A stretch of DNA of 64,000 nt from an uncultured Clostridia bacterium (GTDB lineage: Bacteria; Bacillota; Clostridia; Oscillospirales; Acutalibacteraceae), in assembly GCA_947168445.1 (NCBI GenBank), contig CAMVLW010000006.1:276-64275 (forward strand), given 5' to 3'. Of this stretch, positions 1 through 12,942 are shown piece by piece. How positions within the stretch are numbered: the first letter of the stretch is position 1; every line of letters starts with the position of its first letter. The notes under the pieces are model-generated. The model did no database searches and had not been told where the DNA came from. It was given only the letters and a program-made list of their open reading frames with translations. The translations under genes were made by a program, and so were the position numbers.

Positions 1-35
1 TGGTACTGTGGCGGATGAGGTTATTTAAGGATAAT

Positions 36-1622
36 TTATTCAGTTGAGAGTGCTGCTTTTGTATGGCAGTCAACCGACGCGTTCCATGGCAGGAGGATAT
101 CAATGGATTCATTCTCCTTCAGATTTGGCGCTTTTTCGAAAACATACTTGAGATACTCGTATGGATCGAGGTCGTTTTCCTTTGCTGTTTCGATGATGCT
201 GAAAGCTGTCGCGCTCGCCTTTGCGCCCGACGGTGTGTTGGCAAACAACCAGTTCTTTCTGCCAATGACAAACGGCTTGATGCTGCGCTCTGCGCGGTTG
301 TTGTCGATCTCCAGCCTGCCGTCTTCAATGTATCGGCGCAGGTACGGCTCTTCCTCGATCAGATAATTGACTGCTTTGCCGAGCTTACTCTTCGGCGCGA
401 TGTTCCGGAGCGATTTTGCCCACGCAAAGAATGCGTCCAGAAGCGGTTTTGACTGCTCCTGTCGCTCTTTCAGCCTATCCTCCGGACTCTCGCCCTTCAT
501 TTTCTTTTCAATCTCATACAGCTTACCGCAGTAATCCAGACCGATAGCAGCCGTCGAACCTTTGCGCTGTTCTTCCGGCAGAACCTCCAGTGCTTCACAG
601 AATCTTCTTCTGGCATGTGCCCAACAGCCGACGATCGTAACATTTTCGATCCCGCGGTATGCCTTGTAGCCGTCGGTGTGCAGATATCCTTTGAATTCTT
701 TCAAAAAGCTCTCGGCATTCTCTGCCTTGCGGTTCGGCCGGTAGTCATAGAGAACGATCGGTGTCTTACAGCATCCGCTCGTCCGATAAAGCCACATGTA
801 GCTCTTGGTCGCTGTCGGCTTATCCTTTGTTTTGAGCACCTGTAAGGTAGTCTCGTCCGCATGGAGAACACTTTCTTTGAGGAGCAGCTCTTTCATTCTC
901 TCATACAGCGGCTCCAGCCACAGCTTTGAAGCGGTGATAAACCAGTTTGACATCGTCTGTCTCGACAGTTCAATGCCCTTCTGCTTCAATTCCTGTTCCT
1001 GGCGGTAGAGCGGAGAGTGCATCACAAACTTCTGCGTCATCAGATGCGCGATCGCCTGAGCAGAAGCAAAGCTGCCTTTGATGACAGGATTCGGCTGAGG
1101 TGTTTCGATCACCGGTGTATCCGCTTCATTCTCATGACACTTTTTGCATGCGTAGGTAAAGTATACGTCCTCACGGATTCTTACCTGTGCAGGGATCATC
1201 TCCAGATGTTTGGTGATCTTCTTGCCGATGACTTCCATCTCTTCACCGCACTCGGGACATCTGCGTTCTTCTTCACTGAGCTCATGCTCGACGGTGTAGG
1301 TCTCGATGTTCTCGGGAAGCTTGTCGAAGCAACCGGTTTTTTGCTTGCGCTTGTACTGTTCTACCGTGATCTCTGTGTTTCTGTTCTCGGTATCCTCCAG
1401 CGCTTCTGCTTCATTGAAGAACAGAGACATTTGCTCATAGAGCTGTTCCGTGCGCTCTGAGCTTGAGCCGAAGGTTTTCTTCTTCGAGATCTGCAGCTGT
1501 TCTTTCAGCCAGTTCAATTCAGACTCAAGCTGGGCGCAATGCTTCTCCAGATCTTTTAAACCTGTTAAATACTCATATTCGGCTTTGGAGATCGTGACAG
1601 TTTCACTGTTGTTCATACTCAT
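36..1622 (-). CDS. tnpC: IS66 DDE transposase TnpC
   Basis: Coiled-coil N-terminus with FGSSSE, CPECG zinc finger, LHADET, LHTDGY, CWAHARR and IDNNRAERSIK motifs. Confidence 0.95.
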   Translation of the reverse strand: MSMNNSETVTISKAEYEYLTGLKDLEKHCAQLESELNWLKEQLQISKKKTFGSSSERTEQLYEQMSLFFNEAEALEDTENRNTEITVEQYKRKQKTGCFDKLPENIETYTVEHELSEEERRCPECGEEMEVIGKKITKHLEMIPAQVRIREDVYFTYACKKCHENEADTPVIETPQPNPVIKGSFASAQAIAHLMTQKFVMHSPLYRQEQELKQKGIELSRQTMSNWFITASKLWLEPLYERMKELLLKESVLHADETTLQVLKTKDKPTATKSYMWLYRTSGCCKTPIVLYDYRPNRKAENAESFLKEFKGYLHTDGYKAYRGIENVTIVGCWAHARRRFCEALEVLPEEQRKGSTAAIGLDYCGKLYEIEKKMKGESPEDRLKERQEQSKPLLDAFFAWAKSLRNIAPKSKLGKAVNYLIEEEPYLRRYIEDGRLEIDNNRAERSIKPFVIGRKNWLFANTPSGAKASATAFSIIETAKENDLDPYEYLKYVFEKAPNLKENESIDILLPWNASVDCHTKAALSTE

Positions 1623-1710
1623 AAACGCCCAACTTTTCTGCTTTGTTTTATGTGTTTATTATACCACAAAAGCAGTGAAAAGTCCAGTATTTATGCGGGT
1701 TTATGAGCAA

Positions 1711-2064
1711 TTATCCGAACTTTATTTTCTCCATTTTTCGATGAGCTTTCGGCTGTTGGATACTCAATCCTTCCATCAGCCAGCGGTATTGTTGAGCAGT
1801 AATGCCGAGCGCTTCGTTCTCGCTGCGCGGCCACTGGAACTTACCCTTTTCAAGTCGCTTGTAGAGTAAGAGAAAGCCATCGCCCTCCCAGTAGAGCGCT
1901 TTGATTCTGTCGGTTCGCCTGCCGCAGAACAGAAACAGCGCGTCGGAACACGGGTCAAGACGAAACTGCTGTTCAATGATGGTTGCCAGTCCATCGATCC
2001 CACGGCGAAGATCGGTGTAGCCGCAGGCGAGATAGACCTTCGATCCGCTGAAATCGCTTAGCAT
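1711..2064 (-). CDS. tnpB: IS66 accessory protein TnpB
   Basis: TDLRRGIDGL and LFLFCGRRTDRIKALYWEGDGFLLLYKRLEKGKF motifs. Confidence 0.95.
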   Translation of the reverse strand: MLSDFSGSKVYLACGYTDLRRGIDGLATIIEQQFRLDPCSDALFLFCGRRTDRIKALYWEGDGFLLLYKRLEKGKFQWPRSENEALGITAQQYRWLMEGLSIQQPKAHRKMEKIKFG

Positions 2065-2387
2065 GACTTAAGCATGCGAAACAGTGCGGCGAGCGTAGCT
2101 TCATCCGCGCCGTTATGTACTTCGGCGCAGATGCTGCCGACTTTTACCGACGCCGCGATGTTGTCATTATGGCTCTCATCAAAGGATAGCGGAACTTCAA
2201 CGAACTGAGAACTCTTTTGTAGCGCTTTCCATACCCTTTGCTGGCGGTAGTGGAAGGTGCTGACGGCAATCTGATGCTGCTCGCACCAGGAGCGCACACT
2301 CAGTCCGCTGGTGCGGCACTCTTCAACCTGCCGCGACCATTCCGCGAGATTATTGTTTTCTTTGATAATTTGCAGCCCTTTTGGCAT
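2058..2387 (-). CDS. tnpA: IS66 accessory protein TnpA (HTH)
   Basis: W..SGLSVRSWCEQHQI..STFHY HTH-like motif; first gene of the IS, overlaps tnpB. Confidence 0.85.
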   Translation of the reverse strand: MPKGLQIIKENNNLAEWSRQVEECRTSGLSVRSWCEQHQIAVSTFHYRQQRVWKALQKSSQFVEVPLSFDESHNDNIAASVKVGSICAEVHNGADEATLAALFRMLKSC

Positions 2388-2620
2388 AACTTCACCCCGT
2401 GCGATTGTGTACGATCGTATCCGTTCGAATACAATGGACTACAACCGCTCACTTCGTTTTTGCTTATATTCTCGCACATTTGCCGAGCGGAAGGCAATAC
2501 GGTGGTTTATTTGACGGTTACAATTTTATTTGCTTTTGCCCTTTTTGTTATATTTCAATTATAAAGAAAACTATAACTTTAGCATAAAATGACCTTAATA
2601 AAATTCATCTCAATATAAAT

Positions 2621-4318
2621 TTATCTCTCATGCCCGTGCGTTTTTCTGCTTCTTTGCTGTTGATGTGCTTGTCTGCGCTGCTGATAAACGTATTCACGGA
2701 CGGCTCGCATATTAATCTCGTCGTCGAGCTTCATATCTGCGTCACGGATGCTGCTGAAAAATGTGCTGCGAGAGAAATACTCGCCGTAAGAATCTGAAAT
2801 CTGATTAAGAGCATTACGTTCTTTATCAGAGCGAATATCCAAACGAGCCTTTCCAAATTCGCCTGTGTTGAATTCTTTGGATTGCTCCTTGTATTCAGCG
2901 TATTGCTGTAAGGCTTCGTTTAGCTCAGCAGTGTATTTTTCTTCTCGTTTGTCTAACTCCTTCAAAGCAGACCGCATTCTGTCAAGGCTGTCATTGACCG
3001 TAGATACATCTTTATCATCGGTTCGCTCCATAGCGGTAAGCAAGCGAGCTTTTTCGGATTTCAGTTCTTCAATTTCTTCTGTCAGCTCGGCGATGCGGCG
3101 AGCTAAATCACGGTGAGTAATGACCTTGATAAGGGGAGTAGACTTCTTCTGTTTTTGAAGTTCCTTCCGTTCTTTCTTCTTTACAGCGATCTGCTTGACA
3201 ATACTCTTGTAGCTTTCATAATTTGCCTTTAACTCCTTAACATAATCGGTAATATTGCGCTTGCCGATTTTTGTATGCAGGATATGATAGCTGATAACGA
3301 TAACCTTTTCACGCAGAGATTCCATCGCTTCGGCAAGAGCCGGGACAGTATTCTTGACCGCCTGAGAGATTTTCGCAAACGCAGCTTTCAGCTCACAGAG
3401 CAGAGCGTTGTCAGCTTTGATTTGACGGTTGACTTCACAGCGGTCTGCAATCAATCCTCTGCGCTCCATCGCTTGTGCGACATAGCCTTCGTGAATCGTA
3501 GGCTGCTCGTCGATACATCTTGCGGCGTGACTGCGGTGGTCGATATGGGCGTCTGATCGATTCGCTTCATCAAGATATTTGTTCGTGTTCTGCGCCCAAT
3601 TCTCTCGCCATATCACAAGCTGTTCGTCGCTGTTCCAACGGGCGGTGATAGGATTCTGCCGACCGTATTTTGTGCTTTTCGGATATTTGTTGGCTCGCTC
3701 ATAGCCGTGCCGCTTCGCTTCTGACGGCGGCATATACACCTTCTTTTTGCCGACATAATATTGATATTGCTTCTCCCAACCCTGTGCTTTCGCTTTCAGA
3801 AACTCGGCGGCGGTGAAGCCTTTTTCTTCTCCGTTGTGTTTACAAAGATATTCCTTTTCGGTCTTGTACTGCCACTTGCCTTTATCGTCCAACGGTCTGA
3901 CAGTGAGCATAATATGGGCGTGGGGATTGTGTCCGTCAGTATCGTGAATAGCAACGTCAGCGCACATACCATCTGCAACAAAGTTATTTTGGATATATTC
4001 TGTTAGCAGATTTATCCATTGTTCTTTGTTGAGTTCAACAGGCAAAGCGACCACTAACTCACGGGCAAGTCGGCTGTCCTTTGTCTTTTCGGCACGTTCA
4101 ACGGCGTTCCATAATTCGCTCCGATTCTGCCATTCCTGCGGAGCGTTTTCGGGTAAAAAGATATGCTCCCACACAAGACCGTGCTTGCGGGTGAAATCGT
4201 GTAGCACACCGTCATAATCGTTCAAAATCTTGGAGCAACTCATATAGGCGGATGCGGCGACGGCGCTTCTACCGGAGCTGCGACTGATGACTTTTGCTTC
4301 TAAATGATAGATCGCCAT
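2621..4318 (-). CDS. mobA: MobA/MobL-family (MOBQ) relaxase
   Basis: MAIYHLEAKVISRSSGRSAVAASAY N-terminus, IHDTDGHNPHAHIML HUH motif, IDHRSH, PTIHEG, coiled-coil C-terminus. Confidence 0.93.
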   Translation of the reverse strand: MAIYHLEAKVISRSSGRSAVAASAYMSCSKILNDYDGVLHDFTRKHGLVWEHIFLPENAPQEWQNRSELWNAVERAEKTKDSRLARELVVALPVELNKEQWINLLTEYIQNNFVADGMCADVAIHDTDGHNPHAHIMLTVRPLDDKGKWQYKTEKEYLCKHNGEEKGFTAAEFLKAKAQGWEKQYQYYVGKKKVYMPPSEAKRHGYERANKYPKSTKYGRQNPITARWNSDEQLVIWRENWAQNTNKYLDEANRSDAHIDHRSHAARCIDEQPTIHEGYVAQAMERRGLIADRCEVNRQIKADNALLCELKAAFAKISQAVKNTVPALAEAMESLREKVIVISYHILHTKIGKRNITDYVKELKANYESYKSIVKQIAVKKKERKELQKQKKSTPLIKVITHRDLARRIAELTEEIEELKSEKARLLTAMERTDDKDVSTVNDSLDRMRSALKELDKREEKYTAELNEALQQYAEYKEQSKEFNTGEFGKARLDIRSDKERNALNQISDSYGEYFSRSTFFSSIRDADMKLDDEINMRAVREYVYQQRRQAHQQQRSRKTHGHER

Positions 4319-4490
4319 TCTTGTAAATCACACCTTTCGGGCAGAATTTTTGTTTCTTTTTCATAAAAAGAAAATGCGGTTGACGAACAGGCAACCGCAC
4401 GGAAGGTGACGGCTCTGAGGCAACTTTCGCAAGGCTCCAACGGAGCCGCAACCCTCGGAGAGCGCACGGTTTCAACGAATGTTGAAATAC

Positions 4491-4542
4491 CACCGCTGAC
4501 CAAAACTCTGCGAGTTTTGGCAGTGGTGAGTAAGTGCGCCCT
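4491..4542 (+). promoter_or_regulatory. MOBQ-type origin of transfer (oriT)
   Basis: Imperfect inverted repeat 4491-4528 followed by TAAGTGCGCCCT (4531-4542), the RSF1010/pSC101-type nic core, upstream of mobA. Confidence 0.85.
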
Positions 4543-4595
4543 TCGGGATAAAAGAAGAAACGCTCCGATTACTCGAAGCGTCCCATTGATAATGA

Positions 4596-4808
4596 TTATT
4601 TGATTAGACTGCATAGATAACCCTCCAACTGTTCCAATGACATTTGCCTAACTTGCGGCATAGCTTTCTCTAAAATAGCTCCCTCTTGGATAAGTCGATG
4701 TGTCCGAACTGAACGCTCCTTCACACGGTTGCGAGCCTGCGCTTCTTCCAGTCGATGCTTTGCCTGTAAAAACTCTTTCTCTGTAAAACTCATTATAAAT
4801 ACCTCCAA
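4596..4808 (-). CDS. Small DUF3847-like mobilization-associated protein
   Basis: RTHRLIQEGAILE motif; adjacent to MOBQ oriT; true start probably the ATG of MSFTEK. Confidence 0.6.
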   Translation of the reverse strand: MEVFIMSFTEKEFLQAKHRLEEAQARNRVKERSVRTHRLIQEGAILEKAMPQVRQMSLEQLEGYLCSLIK

Positions 4809-4861
4809 TCAAAAAGGCGGCTTGTGAAATTGCTCTCACAAGCCGCCGCAGCGTTAATTTA

Positions 4862-7145
<2,284 letters not shown>

Positions 7146-7292
7146 TGAATTTAGTAATTGATTTGTGTATAATGAATTTAGTCAGTTCCTTAATCTGTAA
7201 CCCCTAAACTGAAACATTGATAAAAACACCTTAGCTGCGCAAAAATGCTCTCCAAAAGCCGCTTAAACAGTGGCTTTCAGAGAGCAAAAGCG

Positions 7293-7649
7293 TTACATTT
7301 CAGCTTTATTCGCTCGGTGCTTTCTCACACGTTCTGCCGTTTGATGACGGCGAGCTTCTGTGGCACATTGCTCTGAACAATACGCCTTTCGTCCAACAGA
7401 AGCAAAGAGCTTGCCGCATTGCCGACACTTCTTTGTGGGTACGCCTTTGAATAGGGCGAACAACTCGGCGTCGGTAGGTAATACAGCTTGCTCGTAATAC
7501 TTGCACAATTTGCTGTTGGTAAAGCCTACGCTGAACATATAGCACTCTGTTTCAAGCGGTAAGCAGCCATATTCTTTACTGTAGTTGGCACAACAGTTGG
7601 TAACGTGTTTTTTGATTCGTTTCTTCTCGCTGTTTGATAATTCTGCCAT
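7293..7649 (-). CDS. Cysteine-rich (Cys-rich VLP-like) protein with C-terminal zinc finger
   Basis: CCANY..YGCLPL, LCKYYEQAVLP, CRQCGKLF...YCSEQC; RBS present upstream. Confidence 0.7.
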   Translation of the reverse strand: MAELSNSEKKRIKKHVTNCCANYSKEYGCLPLETECYMFSVGFTNSKLCKYYEQAVLPTDAELFALFKGVPTKKCRQCGKLFASVGRKAYCSEQCATEARRHQTAERVRKHRANKAEM

Positions 7650-7788
7650 AGCGTTTCCTCCTTTTTTATTGATAGAAGTAATCTGAAATAAAGAAAACAG
7701 ATTACCCCTCCATATATAGGAGAAATTCGGTACGGTTTGCGGAACTGTTTTTAGAAAAATTTTAAATAAATTTTGCGGGAGGTGATTT

Positions 7789-8508
7789 GTGGTGGATGAT
7801 TACGAGGATATTTTGTCGGAACAGGAAGAAGAACAGTTCGCCGAGGCGTTAGCCGACGAACATCAAGCTGAATTGGAAGTACAGCTTGAACGTGACGAAG
7901 AACCGCCGCAGATCAACGAGCCACCCGAAACGAGAAAGCTGAAACGTGAATTGGAGCGTGAAGCGCTCTTACGAATTGAGAACGCCGCAAGGACAACCGA
8001 TGACTTCAAAAAGGTAATCGCTTGGTGGAACAGGCTTGACAGTAACCGAGAGCGCAAGGAACGCTATCACGAGATCAGTCGGAGCGGTTTGGATATTCCG
8101 CTTGATTACGGCGCAAAGCTCGACGGCGAGATAATTCCTTACGATGTAAACGATGTCCTGATAAAGCAAATCCGCAAGGGCGATTATATTGACGCTATCT
8201 TTCATTGTCCCTTTGAGCTGAACGAATTGGTAACGGACGGAGATTTGTCTAAGATATTGGATAAGCTATCCGACGATCACAGGGAGATCATCTTTAATAC
8301 AATAGTGAGAAATATGAGCACAAAGGCTCTTGGAGATGTTCGAGGTCAGACGGACAGAAATATCCGCAAGGTCAGAGCGACGGCGATAAAGAAAATACAT
8401 AAATCGTTGCTCCGTGTATTACAGAGCCGAAAAGAAAACGGCATACCTCTTACACTTAACGAAAAGCTGTTAATCAAAAAAGCCCTTGACGATAACAAGG
8501 GCAGTTAG
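7789..8508 (+). CDS. Protein with C-terminal sigma-70 region-4-like HTH
   Basis: LSDDHREII...MSTKALGDVRGQTDRNIRKVRATAIKKI; GGAGGTG RBS upstream; acidic N-terminus. Confidence 0.65.
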   Translation: MVDDYEDILSEQEEEQFAEALADEHQAELEVQLERDEEPPQINEPPETRKLKRELEREALLRIENAARTTDDFKKVIAWWNRLDSNRERKERYHEISRSGLDIPLDYGAKLDGEIIPYDVNDVLIKQIRKGDYIDAIFHCPFELNELVTDGDLSKILDKLSDDHREIIFNTIVRNMSTKALGDVRGQTDRNIRKVRATAIKKIHKSLLRVLQSRKENGIPLTLNEKLLIKKALDDNKGS

Positions 8509-8547
8509 TATAATAGTAATATATTATTTTAGATTTAGATTACACGG

Positions 8548-9462
8548 GTGATAGTGATGAGTTTTCAGTTTGAACACTCCAATTCAACTTGGGTGCGGTA
8601 CAGTGAATACGAATGGAAAGAAGCTACGGACGGCAGGCTGTATTTAACTCCCTGTGCCGACGCACAGCCGGATCTATACGATCCGCTGAAAGAGTATCGG
8701 CAGTTAGTCTTGGACGCTCTTTGTATCGGTCGCTTATGTATGAAGGAAGATCAGAACGACGAAGAAATACAAGCCGAGATAAAAGCCTTTGCCGAAAAGT
8801 ACGGCTTATTCGGATTGATGACAGCGCTGCCGACTACCGCTTCCTTTATGGACTATGAAGCGGTATATCTGCCGAAGAATCAGTTGGTCAGGAAAGAAAC
8901 GATGTCAACCGAGGAATACCTTTCCTTGTTCTTCCCGTTTGACAAGCTCGATCTAGTAAAGCGAGGCGTAGAATCCTTGTGGAACATTGAGGGCGATATA
9001 AAGATGATGGCGCTTGCTATGACAATGAGCAACGCTCCTATGGCGGTCAATATGTGCTTTCAGCGTCAGTATGCCGAGAGCTATGAATGGATGAAGCAGG
9101 CGTTTAAGGATTGGGCGTTCAATGCAACAACGGTGTTTTTCTATTATAACGACTACGATAATCTGAACGAAGATACCAAACAGATCATGCGTGAAAGTAT
9201 AAAAGCGTTCGGCGGAAATGCGCCGACGTATCATATCGCCTTGCTTGAACATCCGACGTTGATATGGGATTTCCATTCTCTCTTGCTTGGCATACAAATG
9301 ATGTTGTCCTTTATGCTGACGGATGAACACAATCCGCTTCGACTCTGCAAGCAGTGTATGAAGCCGTTTATTGCGTCCAGACCGAGCGCTATCTTTTGCA
9401 GCCCGAGGTGCAAAAATCAATATAACGTGTATAAGAACAGAGCAAAGGATAAAGACGAATAA
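8548..9462 (+). CDS. Hypothetical protein with C-terminal CGNR-like zinc finger
   Basis: LRLCKQCMKPFIASRPSAIFCSPRCKNQYNV; own promoter TTGACG-17-TATAAT at 8486-8514. Confidence 0.7.
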   Translation: MIVMSFQFEHSNSTWVRYSEYEWKEATDGRLYLTPCADAQPDLYDPLKEYRQLVLDALCIGRLCMKEDQNDEEIQAEIKAFAEKYGLFGLMTALPTTASFMDYEAVYLPKNQLVRKETMSTEEYLSLFFPFDKLDLVKRGVESLWNIEGDIKMMALAMTMSNAPMAVNMCFQRQYAESYEWMKQAFKDWAFNATTVFFYYNDYDNLNEDTKQIMRESIKAFGGNAPTYHIALLEHPTLIWDFHSLLLGIQMMLSFMLTDEHNPLRLCKQCMKPFIASRPSAIFCSPRCKNQYNVYKNRAKDKDE

Positions 9463-9467
9463 ACAAA

Positions 9468-9503
9468 ACGCCCGCTGTCAATAAAAATCGCTGACAGCGG
9501 GCT
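9468..9503. terminator. Probable bidirectional terminator
   Basis: GCCCGCTGTCA...TGACAGCGGGC hairpin between convergent genes. Confidence 0.65.
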
Positions 9504-9507
9504 TGCG

Positions 9508-9885
9508 TTATACATAGATGATTTCGTTCAAAACAATTTCTTCGGCTCGGTTGCGGATATTATTCATGCGGCGTACCCACGCCCATTGGTCGGCGGCTTT
9601 GAGCGCTTCGGTTACGCCTTCCTGCTTCGCCATAGCTTTTACAAGGCTATCCATCCGCTCGGTACATTCTTTCTCAACCTCTGCCAAATGTTCGGACAGT
9701 TTGCAAGAGGTAAGCAAGTTGGTGTAGATGATCGGGCGGTGCTGCTTTAGGTATCTCAACCGCAAATGCCCATACTTACCAATCACATATTCCTTTGTTT
9801 CGGGTAAAGATAGATTCGGGAGCAAATAATCTCCCTGTTGGCTGTATGTACCGCCAAGCTGTTCAAAAATAGTTTTCTGTTCCAT
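9508..9885 (-). CDS. tnpV: TnpV-family protein (copy 1)
   Basis: GGTYSQQGDYLLPNL, IGKYGHLRLRYLK, EGVTEALKAADQWAWVRRMNNIRNRAEEIV. Confidence 0.9.
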   Translation of the reverse strand: MEQKTIFEQLGGTYSQQGDYLLPNLSLPETKEYVIGKYGHLRLRYLKQHRPIIYTNLLTSCKLSEHLAEVEKECTERMDSLVKAMAKQEGVTEALKAADQWAWVRRMNNIRNRAEEIVLNEIIYV

Positions 9886-9964
9886 AACAGGCTCCTTTCG
9901 TAGTAATAGGTTTACAGTGCGGATTGTAGATTATACTCCTTTCCTACAACTGCTTTTCAGTTTA

Positions 9965-10363
<399 letters not shown>

Positions 10364-10364
<1 letters not shown>

Positions 10365-11191
10365 TATCGTTCCTCCCTGCTGCGCTGTCTGCGCCTATAA
10401 TCGTCCTGCGCTAATTTGAGTAAGCGCTTGTAAATATCCTGTGGCGTGTATTGCTTAGGGAAATACTTGCTCAGTTCATCAAGCTGAAAGCTGATTTTTT
10501 CTCGCTGATTTGGCTTTTCCTCGGATATGATTTTTGATATGGTATCGCTGTCAAGTTTACCTGCCTGAGAGAGCTTTTTCATTTGGATTGCCTGTGAGAG
10601 CGAGGGCGTTTTGTCCTCCAACTCGATAGCTTCAAACAAATCCTGCTGATCATTTTCGGTTAGATAAGATAGCTCCACGCCGACACTGAAAGCAATACGC
10701 TGTTCATCGACCATTTTGAGAATATCGGGGATAAGCTTTGTCAGACGGATATAGCGGTGTATCTGCCTTGCACTTTCATTAGCAGATTCCCCAACTTGTT
10801 CTACGCTCCACTTCTCGCCAACTCGGCGAGAAGCACCTTGATGTGACAGGGCTTCCATCTTTAGCTTATACGCAAACGCCTTCTCCGATGGTAGCAAATG
10901 CTCACGGTGAAGATTACTGTCCACCACCATAATTGCCGCTTCATCACGGCTGACGGGACGAATAAAGGCAGGAACTTCTGCAAGCTCTGCCTTCTGTGCC
11001 GCGCGGAAACGGCGGTGTCCGGATATGATTTCATACTCGTTTGTTGTGCCTTCAAGAGGACGGACGATCAGCGGTGTCATAATGCCCTGCTGTTGAACGC
11101 TCTCGATAAGGCTGTTCATCTCGTCATTGTCGAGCACCTGATACGGGTGGTCTTTGAATTCGTGTAATTTGTTAATTGATATATTGGTCAT
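10364..11191 (-). CDS. parB: ParB/RepB/Spo0J-family protein
   Basis: GIMTPLIVRP, YEIISGHRRFRA, MVDSNLHRE, HTH. Confidence 0.9.
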
Positions 11192-12582
11192 CGTTCATAA
11201 CTCCTTTTCTTTGTTTTATTTTGGTGATAATATTTGTATCTGTATTTGCCTTGCTCCAGCAGCTTTTCCTGTTCAATCAAAGCACGGAGTCGAGGCACTT
11301 TGTTTTCAATGCGCCCGCAGATAATAAGCTGCTTGCGCAAGGGTGTTAGCCTCTTTGTGATTTCTCTGCATTGTTCTTTTAGAGAATAGTCTTCTTCGGG
11401 TGTTTTCGCTCTGCGGATTCGGTTACGGATATGCTGCCGCTCGGTTTCATAAGCCTTGATTTGCTCAGCGATTTCCTTTCGGCAAGATACAAAATCCTCT
11501 GCGCATTCCACATTGTGGTCACGGAGGAAATGGTATTCTTCCAGCGTTCGGTCGAGATTCTGTATTTCCAATCTTAATTCGGGAGAAACAGGACGATAAT
11601 CACGCTTTTGTACGTTGTTGCCTGTGATGAGCTTGGCTATCGTGATAATCAGCTCGAACAGAGCTGTGATAACATCAGGTTCCGTTCTTTTCTCAAAATC
11701 TCTGATTCTCAATATTAGTGGTTGGCGCTGATAATACGATTTCGGTGTATAGAAATCCACAAAGTATTTATCCTCACGCTGAGATTGAAGCCGCCTGAGT
11801 ATCGCTTCTCTTGAATAATCCTTGCCGAGACTGCTTAACCTGACAGGTTTTAGCCAGTCGGGAGCGATCACGGAAGGATGCTGATATTTGAAAGTCCTCA
11901 CAAACTGATATCCGAGCGAGCGAAGATATAATTCAAAATCAAACGGCTTGATCGTACTGGCTAAGGCTTCATCAACATCGTGCCGCAGCATATCCTTGTG
12001 TGGAATTCGTCCGCTCTTGCGTACCCAATACGCCTTGTCTCCGCCGTAGAACGGAGCGTTTTTAAGCACGGATTTTCCATATTCACGACAGACCTCGTCG
12101 GAAATCTCTCGCAGCTTGAAATGGTCGGAAATATGGTTTTCAAACTTCCGTCCGGTGCGGAACGATACACTATTTACGACGATATGATTGTGAATGTTTG
12201 CCGTATTTAGATGCGTCGTCACGACAACCTCATAATCATCGCCCCACATACGCTTGGCGGTTTCAATTCCGATACGGTGCGCTTCTTCGGGGGTGACCTC
12301 GCCTGCCTGAAAGCTCTGATAACCGTGATACGCTACATTTCCGCTGAGCTTGCCGAAACGTCGCTTGGTGGTCATCATCTGCTCGTAAGCCTTTTTCTTC
12401 GTGCAGTTGATACCGCTGACGTACATTGTCTGGTCGGTTTTGTCACTGTTCTCAACGTAATTGAGGGTGGCAGCTAAATCGTCATCAAGATATTTGCGTT
12501 CGATAGTTTTGTCGGGATTCTCTGCGTAATTGATAACATCCTTTAGCCGTCCCTTGACGGGCCAGAAGCCTGTTGTTGCCAC
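11188..12582 (-). CDS. Relaxase/mobilization nuclease (MOBP-type)
   Basis: INYAENPDKT, AYHGYQSF..GEVTPEEAHRIG, VVTTHLNTANIHNHIVVNSVS. Confidence 0.92.
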   Translation of the reverse strand: MATTGFWPVKGRLKDVINYAENPDKTIERKYLDDDLAATLNYVENSDKTDQTMYVSGINCTKKKAYEQMMTTKRRFGKLSGNVAYHGYQSFQAGEVTPEEAHRIGIETAKRMWGDDYEVVVTTHLNTANIHNHIVVNSVSFRTGRKFENHISDHFKLREISDEVCREYGKSVLKNAPFYGGDKAYWVRKSGRIPHKDMLRHDVDEALASTIKPFDFELYLRSLGYQFVRTFKYQHPSVIAPDWLKPVRLSSLGKDYSREAILRRLQSQREDKYFVDFYTPKSYYQRQPLILRIRDFEKRTEPDVITALFELIITIAKLITGNNVQKRDYRPVSPELRLEIQNLDRTLEEYHFLRDHNVECAEDFVSCRKEIAEQIKAYETERQHIRNRIRRAKTPEEDYSLKEQCREITKRLTPLRKQLIICGRIENKVPRLRALIEQEKLLEQGKYRYKYYHQNKTKKRSYER

Positions 12583-12899
12583 GTCGTTACCTCCTTACAG
12601 ATTTGCTTGGCAGAGGATTTCTCAGGCAGAAGTAGGCGCTGTTGAATTTCGTCTACGACTTCAAGCAGCTTTCGCTCGGTATCAGGCGAAACCTTATCGG
12701 CAACCTCGTCACACAAGCGGCAGAGCATTTGGTAGAAATCAAAAAAGACATCAGGCAGCACCGTCCTCGGTGAATAGCCCAATGTCCTTTGTCTGATATA
12801 TTCGGATTGTGATAAACCACAGCTCTCGGCGAGCTTAGCTATCTTGTTTTTCTCGGACTGCGTAACACGCAGCTCGATTCTTGCGTTTTTATCTGTCAT
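12543..12899 (-). CDS. mobC: MobC-like ribbon-helix-helix relaxosome protein
   Basis: IELRVTQSEKNKI..LAESCGLSQSEYIRQRTLG; directly upstream of the relaxase. Confidence 0.8.
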   Translation of the reverse strand: MTDKNARIELRVTQSEKNKIAKLAESCGLSQSEYIRQRTLGYSPRTVLPDVFFDFYQMLCRLCDEVADKVSPDTERKLLEVVDEIQQRLLLPEKSSAKQICKEVTTWQQQASGPSRDG

Positions 12900-12942
12900 T
12901 TTATTCCTTCTTTCATCGGGTTGATAGGGTGTCCCTAAAAAT

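Larger units (their letters stand above)
1..2521 (-). mobile_element. IS66-family insertion sequence (left end at 2521; other end lies beyond the window start)
   Basis: tnpA-tnpB-tnpC order on the minus strand; minus-strand sequence begins GTAACCGTCAAATAAACCACC at 2521, matching the GTAA terminus typical of IS66. Second IR and target duplication not visible. Confidence 0.9.
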
